A stretch of 64,000 nt of DNA from a virus: IMG/VR virus record IMGVR_UViG_3300028569_002801, positions 50,716-114,715 of that record. One strand, 5' to 3'. The translations under genes were made by a program, and so were the position numbers. How positions within the stretch are numbered: the stretch's first letter is position 1; every line of letters begins with the position of its first letter. Under the pieces are notes generated by a model, which worked only from the letters and a program-made list of their open reading frames with translations, had not been told where the DNA came from and searched no databases. This document shows positions 57,556-64,000 of the stretch, one piece after another.

Positions 57556-60459
57556 CTAAGTCTCGAAAATGTGACTCATTAAGTCCCCATCTACGTCATA
57601 CTCAAAGATATCATCTACATCAACCTTTTCAACTCTTTTGGTTTCAATCATTAATTTATTATTGTGGTTAACCCTATCTATATCTACTAAATCAATAGTA
57701 TCATCTATGTACATATAGTACGGATCAATGCCAACAGATTGCCAAAAACTAATCTCCATATCCGATAAGGTTAAAACCTCATCTAAATTATCTTGATCTT
57801 TTTCTTTCATCGGGAACCCTCTACCCATAATTGTTTGTGTTTTGGTAAATATTGGTTGATCTTTAGGGTACTCAATTAAAATGTCATTTCTAATCTCAGG
57901 ACTATACACTACAAGTAATGGTTCAATTCTTTTATTAAATGCTGCCAAATATCTTGGTACGTTGTATTCACCTAACAAGTCAGGATTGTCTTCAATTTCT
58001 TTTTCATCAATCATATAACAATTCAAAATTACCTCACTTTTTGATAACATCTCAGGTGGTACTGCTCCGTGAATGTTTGTGTAATCTTCTATTTGTTTTT
58101 TTGTCATTTTGGTTGTCTTTCTTTGAACGTCACCGTGTGATTTCTTTTCACCATTATTAACATAATATATAGTATCCCCTAATCCAGGATTTTTTTTGTT
58201 GTTAATTAAAAGTTCCATATGTGCCTGTCTTGACATTAAACTACCTGACTTTGTTGTTTTTTTTACGTGAACCTTATAATCGTCTATTGATTGTTTAACA
58301 CGAGCCTTGTTTGCAATTTTTGCTAAAGGAATTTCTCTATTGTAAATTTTATTAACATATTCGTAATAGAAATCTAAGAATTCACCACCCTTACCGTCAA
58401 GTAACATTCTTAACCCTTTATCTAAAAATTCTGCAACATAAGTTTGGAGTTTTTTAGATTTAATAGAGTTACCTGTAAGTTTTACTTTACCTTTATCTGT
58501 AAGTAATGCGTAGTTTTTACGAGCCACGTTAATTGTTGCCGGCCACACACCGTCAATATCAAGTCCCATTTCATTTCTCATAAACAAGTCATTGTACTCT
58601 GCAACATCCGCTTCCGCCCCCACATATTCTTTACCTTCTTTAACCAAACCATTTAGTCCTTTACCAACATACGTATATGATTCTCTTTCTTTAGGGGTTT
58701 CAAAGTTTACACCATCCGTGTCCATAACTAATGGAACGTAACCTCTTTTCATAAAGTACATAATCATCTGACGAAGATACTGTCTACCCGTACAAGTAAT
58801 CTGCTCACCCATATCAATATCACCCCAAGGGAATACGTGAGGAGCGGATAACGAACCAAAGAATGCGTTGATAAATATTTTAATTGGTAACTGTTTTCTA
58901 TCGTATGAAATTGATGCCTTTAAGTCTATTGATTTATATTCTCCAGCCAAGTTTTTATATTTAATACGAGTATCACGGAAATACTTTAACATACTCTTCA
59001 TTGATCCTGTAACATCACACGCAGGGAAAACATCGTGAACCAACTGAATAGATGGGTATAGTGATGAATAGTCAAGTTTCAATACGTTTCTTGAATAACC
59101 AACCTGAACCAAACGAGAGAGTCCCCCTGTGAATTTTCTTTTTTCTTTCTTTTTAGGTAACGCTAAATTATTTTTATAAGACCAAGCGCACATAATCATT
59201 TTCCAAAGTGTTGCCGTACCCATTGTTGAAAGTCTTTCGTATGTTGTTGGTACAAGTTTAGAAAGTAGGAAGTTTGCTTGATTAAACTGTTCGTCGACAA
59301 TCATAGTTTCATATAAGTCATCATCAAGATAATCCTCAATTATTTTTGAACCATTAGTTTTAAAATATATATCATCTCTTCTTGAACATATCTCATCTAT
59401 TTTTTCATTGGTTCCAACCTTTTTATAGTTACCGTTTTCTTTATTCATCCAATAATCCTCATTGTCAAAATAAATTTTACCGATTTTATCCCCTGCAACG
59501 TAAACACGATTCTCTTTTTCTGACTCAATAAATTTGGTGATGTACTTCAAGGACCAACTCTTAATGTCTGAATTAATTGCTTGTGCTCTACGAACCGCAT
59601 GAGCAATATCAATGATATTGTAACCCCACATTTGTGTTTGAACGTAAGGTTCCATCTCGTTTGCTAATTTTAACATCCCGTCTTTTTGTTTTAAAGAGTA
59701 ATCAGGATTTAAAGTTTTTGCAATTTTTTTAATATTTAATTTTAAAATTTCTGCACGTTTTAAAATAAACGGGAAGTCAAAGAATGATGAGTTGTACCCA
59801 CCAACAAGGGATGGTTTAAGTTGGTCTATAGTTTCAAAAAACTCAATAATCATTCTCCTCTCTTCATCTTCATTTTGTGCTGATAAAGATTTCATAAAAC
59901 CACGATTGTCTTTCATCCCTATTAAGAACATTTTACTTGTTTTAGGATCTAAACCTGTGGTTTCAATATCAAATACAAACCTGTGAATTTCATCGTATTC
60001 GTCAAACCCTTTGAATAGTCTTTTACTTTTTTGGATGAGGTATTGTTCTACCGGTGTCATAATGGTAATTGCGTCTGAGTTATCTCTATTCCACGGATCT
60101 AAACCACCACCTTTAAAAAAGTTTACAAGGTTTGAGTAGGACTTCGTTGTTTTAACTAAAAACGTTAATCCGTTTTTTAACCTTTCGTCTCCCCTGTCTT
60201 CTAATTTTTCTATGATTATGCCGTTTTCAGACATTGCTTTCTTTTGAAACTCCTTATTACCTTTATAGAAGTTTTTATCTTTAAGATCCCCAACCCAAGC
60301 AAATGGAATAAACGTGTCCATTCTCAAAAGTTTACCTTTGATTGGGTCTTGTATTACCTTGAAAATTTTATCTGATCTGTAATCGTATTCTAATGCAACA
60401 ATATATTTTTCGTCGTCTTCGCCATGTAAAAAGTGTTCAATTTCTTCTTGAGGTACCAT
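57556..60459 (-). CDS. family B DNA polymerase
   Basis: Exo FDIETTG, GYNSSFFDFPFI; Pol LDYSSLYPS, KIFINAFFG, MDTDG. Start likely MVPQEEI (60459). Confidence 0.93.
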   Translation of the reverse strand: MVPQEEIEHFLHGEDDEKYIVALEYDYRSDKIFKVIQDPIKGKLLRMDTFIPFAWVGDLKDKNFYKGNKEFQKKAMSENGIIIEKLEDRGDERLKNGLTFLVKTTKSYSNLVNFFKGGGLDPWNRDNSDAITIMTPVEQYLIQKSKRLFKGFDEYDEIHRFVFDIETTGLDPKTSKMFLIGMKDNRGFMKSLSAQNEDEERRMIIEFFETIDQLKPSLVGGYNSSFFDFPFILKRAEILKLNIKKIAKTLNPDYSLKQKDGMLKLANEMEPYVQTQMWGYNIIDIAHAVRRAQAINSDIKSWSLKYITKFIESEKENRVYVAGDKIGKIYFDNEDYWMNKENGNYKKVGTNEKIDEICSRRDDIYFKTNGSKIIEDYLDDDLYETMIVDEQFNQANFLLSKLVPTTYERLSTMGTATLWKMIMCAWSYKNNLALPKKKEKRKFTGGLSRLVQVGYSRNVLKLDYSSLYPSIQLVHDVFPACDVTGSMKSMLKYFRDTRIKYKNLAGEYKSIDLKASISYDRKQLPIKIFINAFFGSLSAPHVFPWGDIDMGEQITCTGRQYLRQMIMYFMKRGYVPLVMDTDGVNFETPKERESYTYVGKGLNGLVKEGKEYVGAEADVAEYNDLFMRNEMGLDIDGVWPATINVARKNYALLTDKGKVKLTGNSIKSKKLQTYVAEFLDKGLRMLLDGKGGEFLDFYYEYVNKIYNREIPLAKIANKARVKQSIDDYKVHVKKTTKSGSLMSRQAHMELLINNKKNPGLGDTIYYVNNGEKKSHGDVQRKTTKMTKKQIEDYTNIHGAVPPEMLSKSEVILNCYMIDEKEIEDNPDLLGEYNVPRYLAAFNKRIEPLLVVYSPEIRNDILIEYPKDQPIFTKTQTIMGRGFPMKEKDQDNLDEVLTLSDMEISFWQSVGIDPYYMYIDDTIDLVDIDRVNHNNKLMIETKRVEKVDVDDIFEYDVDGDLMSHIFET

Positions 60460-60521
60460 ATTTGTATAATTTAAGTTTGGGTTATTATGCTCACAAAACA
60501 TTTGTGATTTCCCTTTGTTAA

Positions 60522-60550
60522 AATATATAAGTTATGGAATCAAATGTCAA
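60522..60550 (-). promoter_or_regulatory. host-type promoter upstream of DNA polymerase
   Basis: - strand TTGACA-N17-TATATT. Confidence 0.6.
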
Positions 60551-60900
60551 ACAATATTTATATAAAGATTTTCTCTTATTGGTGTAACTAAATCACCATT
60601 CTCAAGAGTAATTAAAAATTGACCAATAAACCTACCTTTTTTACTTGTATCTTTGTTTTTCCACTTATAATATATGTAATACTCTACAGGGGAATCAGGA
60701 TTTCTTCTTTCTTTTTCAACCAAATAAGCATTATCCATAAAAACTTTTTGTATACCGTCTTCTTCACTCACCATAGAAAATCTTAATCTGGCATTATCTA
60801 AAATAGAATAAAATTCCTTCCAAGACTCGGTTCTACCGTCTTTTACAATATCCATTTTTAAAATCGGTAATGTACTATCTTGTTGTATAAAAAATTCCAT
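60547..60900 (-). CDS. BppU-N-like Ig-fold virion protein
   Basis: FFIQQDSTLPIL...YYKW...DT...GRFIGQF...LVTP resembles BppU N-terminal domains; TATTTATA upstream. Confidence 0.55.
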   Translation of the reverse strand: MEFFIQQDSTLPILKMDIVKDGRTESWKEFYSILDNARLRFSMVSEEDGIQKVFMDNAYLVEKERRNPDSPVEYYIYYKWKNKDTSKKGRFIGQFLITLENGDLVTPIRENLYINIV

Positions 60901-60933
60901 AGAATGTAATTATTTGTTTTTTATATAAATATG

Positions 60934-61572
60934 TTATTTATTTTTATTTTGAAAGTATTTTTCAATTCTTTTACTTAATCTAACTCTTGGATCATTTTCT
61001 GTTCTATTTAAAATTTCATAAGGTAAAATAAAACCAAAACTCAAAAAAATCCTTCTTGAATTAAACTCGTTTGTCCAATGTTTATATAGTGACGCTTCAA
61101 AACCATAAAGATCGGTTTCTTGTATCTTAATAGACTCCTTATCCAAAAATAGATCGTAATCTTCTGACAATACACTTATGTTACATTTGTAATTAACATA
61201 TCCATCAATTGACGCATCATAATGGGGATTTATTTTTCCACCTTTATTCATATCAACCGACTGTAAGAAAATGTTGTCCTTTGGGAAATTAAACTCTTCT
61301 GATATTCTATCTATAATTTTATAAATAAATTCAGGTAGGTTTTCATTTGAAACGTCAGATATTGATTGAAATTTTGTAATGTAATTTGTTAAAGGTGTTT
61401 TAGAAATATCAAACATATAAGATTTACCATTAAGTGTTTTAGATAATTCTGTAAGGTGATGGTTACTATCATTACCGTTGTGATTAACAGAATCAATCCA
61501 ATTTACTATTTGGTTTACTTCATCTTTTGTGATAAATTTTTTTTTTATCTTATATGTTTCTGTATTTTCCAA
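60934..61572 (-). CDS. 2OG-Fe(II) oxygenase (prolyl-hydroxylase-like)
   Basis: GGKINPHYD (HxD) ... YKHW (distal His) ... RRIFLSF (2OG-binding Arg). Confidence 0.75.
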   Translation of the reverse strand: MENTETYKIKKKFITKDEVNQIVNWIDSVNHNGNDSNHHLTELSKTLNGKSYMFDISKTPLTNYITKFQSISDVSNENLPEFIYKIIDRISEEFNFPKDNIFLQSVDMNKGGKINPHYDASIDGYVNYKCNISVLSEDYDLFLDKESIKIQETDLYGFEASLYKHWTNEFNSRRIFLSFGFILPYEILNRTENDPRVRLSKRIEKYFQNKNK

Positions 61573-61810
61573 TTTTTTTTAAGTTGTGTTTTTCTAAAAA
61601 TTCTTTTGGGTTCATCGCCTCAATTATTGTTAATTCCGCAGAATCCATAAGTTGTTTCGCCCTTTCTTCCGTTACTGCCATAACACATAATTTATGGGTT
61701 GCTGGTAATTCTCCTGTTGGTGATAAATCTATTTTTAAGATATTATCATTTTTCATCTTTTCTCTTGCTTGTGAAACTTTAGATTCTTCACACAATATAC
61801 AGATTCTCAT
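61550..61810 (-). CDS. hypothetical protein
   Basis: 86 aa, overlaps the oxygenase start. Confidence 0.6.
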   Translation of the reverse strand: MRICILCEESKVSQAREKMKNDNILKIDLSPTGELPATHKLCVMAVTEERAKQLMDSAELTIIEAMNPKEFLEKHNLKKIGKYRNI

Positions 61811-61822
61811 AATTTTTATTTA

Positions 61823-62404
61823 TTAATTATATACTCTTATTTCTATTGGGGTTTTCCAATATAATACATCATTATAAGGTGTTGATATATCTCCTGTAAC
61901 AATTCCGCAACTGTTAGGTTCTGACATATACCCTCTGCATAAATATCCATTTTCTAAATCATCTCCCATCAGAATAATACTAAAAGTAGTTTTATTTTCT
62001 GTAAATAATCCATTTGAATAAATACTGTAATTTCCAACTCCATCATAAGTAAACCAAATATTTCCAATAGTGTTCTCTAACACTGTTACTATTGGAGCCG
62101 CTGTGTTGTATCCCAACATACCAACCCCGTCCCAACTATTAGGTTCTTTATTTGATGTGGCAACAAATGAATAATATTCTGGATGAACCGGTCCCCCCAC
62201 ATTACTAAAATCCCAAGTACCTCTATCAAACACATCCAAAAGTTGATATGATACACCCTCACCAACTTTACCACCTGTAATGGTTTTTGGGTCATCTACA
62301 CCAATCTGTGTTAATAAAGCAGTGTACACTTTATATTTAGGTAAAATTGATTCACCATTTATGGTTTGTCCTCTTAAATTATCTACAATGTATTTTGTCG
62401 ACAT
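61823..62404 (-). CDS. putative fibre tip/decoration protein
   Basis: YKVYTALLTQxG...APIVTVLENTIG...TPIEIRVY, a pattern I recall from Bacteroidota phage fibre C-termini. Confidence 0.55.
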   Translation of the reverse strand: MSTKYIVDNLRGQTINGESILPKYKVYTALLTQIGVDDPKTITGGKVGEGVSYQLLDVFDRGTWDFSNVGGPVHPEYYSFVATSNKEPNSWDGVGMLGYNTAAPIVTVLENTIGNIWFTYDGVGNYSIYSNGLFTENKTTFSIILMGDDLENGYLCRGYMSEPNSCGIVTGDISTPYNDVLYWKTPIEIRVYN

Positions 62405-62424
62405 TTTTTTATTTTTTAATTTAT

Positions 62425-63501
62425 TTAATCAATCGGTAATCCAGCCATATAACCAACTGTTATATCACTCCACCCAATACCAAATTCGTATTTCATAACT
62501 TTATCAACAACAACGTATGATTCAAATTGTGTTGTACCGGAACTAACATCACTATTAATAAAAATACCACTTAAAAAATATACATCGTTTGTGGTATTAG
62601 CGGTTACTTGGCTTGGTAAATTTGTAATAATATAATCATAAGCAGAATCCCTAATAGTTTCTGTGGTAAATATCATTTGTTTATTATAAACCTCTTCAGT
62701 AGTTCCTGTGAATCCACTTAAAGTAGATTTAAATGGCCATAAAATATCTGTCAATTTCCAAAAAGAATAATTTTCATTATTAAAAGGTGCATTATTTTGA
62801 TCTGGCACTGAACTTAGTTGATTTACAACTTGATCAATCGCTCCCGCAACCGCTCCACAGGTATTATCTGTTAAACTATTTGCTTTACCTCTTCTTAACA
62901 TTCTACCTGAACGACCATCTTCAGTAACACCAATGTGTGGTGTACTTGTTACAAACAAGGTTCCACCAAGAGTTGTTGCTACGTGACTTGCAAATGCCCC
63001 AAATCCAACACTACCAACAAACGGATAACCTGCCAATCCACCGGACATAAACGGACCTAAAAATGAATTAATACTTGTTGGCCATCCACCGATATTTCCT
63101 GGTAAATATGCCGCATCAACATCATCAGAACAAATACCTTCCGCTAAAACAATGTCAGTTGATGGTATTCCTTCATCTGTAATATATTGTGTTGTGTATG
63201 TCCCCCATACTTCAGATAATACCGCTCCTGAGAATGGTTGATATCCTCCATCAACAGTAACAGTTCTTACCGTTTGAGTATATGCACTCTGACCTGTTAA
63301 TGGTGCTGGTACAATTATTTCATATGTTCTATCATATAAAGGAACCTCTAATTCGTATGTCCCATAAGGATAAACCGAAATATTATTAAATGGTATTACT
63401 TCGGTACCTAAATTAATGGTTCCACCAGTTGTGGGTAAAAAAGTAACGTTTGCCGTTAGTCCTGATAAATTTGTGCTTGTTATTCTAATTCCTTGTATCA
63501 T
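62425..63501 (-). CDS. LCIB/C-type beta-carbonic anhydrase domain fused to an N-terminal virion-type beta domain
   Basis: ICSDD ... FMSGGLAGYPFVG...GAFASH ... PHIG...G..G...R.G ... CGA is the LCIB/C (PF18599-like) Cys/His/Cys Zn-ligand pattern. Confidence 0.78.
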   Translation of the reverse strand: MIQGIRITSTNLSGLTANVTFLPTTGGTINLGTEVIPFNNISVYPYGTYELEVPLYDRTYEIIVPAPLTGQSAYTQTVRTVTVDGGYQPFSGAVLSEVWGTYTTQYITDEGIPSTDIVLAEGICSDDVDAAYLPGNIGGWPTSINSFLGPFMSGGLAGYPFVGSVGFGAFASHVATTLGGTLFVTSTPHIGVTEDGRSGRMLRRGKANSLTDNTCGAVAGAIDQVVNQLSSVPDQNNAPFNNENYSFWKLTDILWPFKSTLSGFTGTTEEVYNKQMIFTTETIRDSAYDYIITNLPSQVTANTTNDVYFLSGIFINSDVSSGTTQFESYVVVDKVMKYEFGIGWSDITVGYMAGLPID

Positions 63502-63529
63502 TTTTTTTGTTTTTTTATTTTTTATTTAT

Positions 63530-64000
63530 TTATAATATTAATCCGAAATTCAAATCATTTTCTGGTATGTCTAACACATTTAATCCACCTAAACAAGGTG
63601 CTTCAGTTAATGTTTCTATTGTTAGAACATCCACTTCATCGTAATACGACAATCTATTATCACCATTTTTATTTTTAAATACATTAACTGTTGTGATATC
63701 ATATAACATACCTGTACTTAAACAAGTACCAAAAACTTCGGCATTAACAATATTCCATTGGAAATAATCCCCAACTGTATTCTCGGTAAAGTTATCAGGT
63801 ATCGTATTATTGTAGAAGTATTCTCCAATAGTATTATCATTAAAATTATTTCCAATTCTATTTCCTTGAGAACTTCCAACACCAAAACCAAATCCATCTT
63901 GTATTTCATTAGAATTGAAATAAGTTCCTATTGTGTTATATGAGAATGAACCATAACAAGTATTAAATGAAAAATCATCTCCAATATTGTTATGTGTTGT
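63530..64000 (-). CDS. 3' end of a beta-helix fibre/tailspike-like protein (partial)
   Basis: Manual translation: ...NNIGDDFSFNTCYGSFSYNTIGTYFNSNEIQDG...NRIGNNFNDNTIGEYFYNNTIPDNFTENTVGDYF...NFGLIL*; 9-aa N-x-IG-x-x-F repeats. Confidence 0.75.
   Translation of the reverse strand, partial: TTHNNIGDDFSFNTCYGSFSYNTIGTYFNSNEIQDGFGFGVGSSQGNRIGNNFNDNTIGEYFYNNTIPDNFTENTVGDYFQWNIVNAEVFGTCLSTGMLYDITTVNVFKNKNGDNRLSYYDEVDVLTIETLTEAPCLGGLNVLDIPENDLNFGLIL

Noticed and set aside
53184-60459. Eukaryotic giant virus (NCLDV) origin suggested by PolB, SNF2, SOD and GT60
   Set aside because: Contractile tail genes, operon coupling, intrinsic terminators and bacterial-type promoters indicate a bacteriophage.
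21915-60459. Inteins or introns in RNR, helicase, RecA or PolB
   Set aside because: No C...HN(C/S/T) splice patterns, LAGLIDADG motifs or interruptions were noticed; lengths are ordinary.
9760-63943. Numerous 60-140 aa ORFs antisense to or nested out of frame in long genes (e.g. 28983-29408, 26651-26989, 39070-39402, 63718-63909)
   Set aside because: They overlap well-supported genes, lack motifs and leaders, and are expected shadows of codon bias.
1-64000. Stop-codon reassignment as in some jumbo phages
   Set aside because: Conserved genes are full-length in the standard code, and TAA, TAG and TGA all terminate genes at sensible positions.
1-64000. tRNA, rRNA or structured ncRNA genes
   Set aside because: Intergenic gaps are short and AT-rich, and no cloverleaf or T-loop signatures were seen by eye (tRNAscan/Infernal not run).

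Overview
AT-rich, gene-dense segment of a large T4-like (contractile-tailed) dsDNA bacteriophage, most likely a jumbo phage of a Bacteroidota host. The host call is inferred from SprB and PKD repeats and from A-rich leaders without Shine-Dalgarno sites. Most genes are on the minus strand. Structural genes include neck/head-completion proteins, tail terminator, sheath, tube, a tail chaperone with a probable programmed frameshift, tape measure, greatly enlarged baseplate proteins, wedge, gp25 and a cluster of Cys-rich fibre/decoration proteins. A replication block (SSB, RecA/UvsX, 5'-3' exonuclease, DnaB-like helicase, class II RNR) is embedded among the baseplate genes, and PolB and an SNF2 helicase lie further right. 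The most notable candidate system is a phage-encoded protein O-glycosylation ('mucin coat') module. A GT60/PF11397-type polypeptide GlcNAc transferase sits inside the virion-decoration cluster, at least five virion proteins carry mucin-like (Pro-Thr)n or (PSATTT)n tracts, and a prolyl-hydroxylase-like 2OG-Fe(II) oxygenase is present. Other unusual items: an LCIB/C-type beta-carbonic anhydrase fused to a virion-type N-terminal domain, a zincin-SOD fusion, an OmpA-like peptidoglycan-binding domain inserted in a tube-initiator protein, a 1677-aa protein with a multi-pass hydrophobic block, and a pervasive TATTTAT upstream motif. All family assignments come from motif recognition by eye; no database searches were run.
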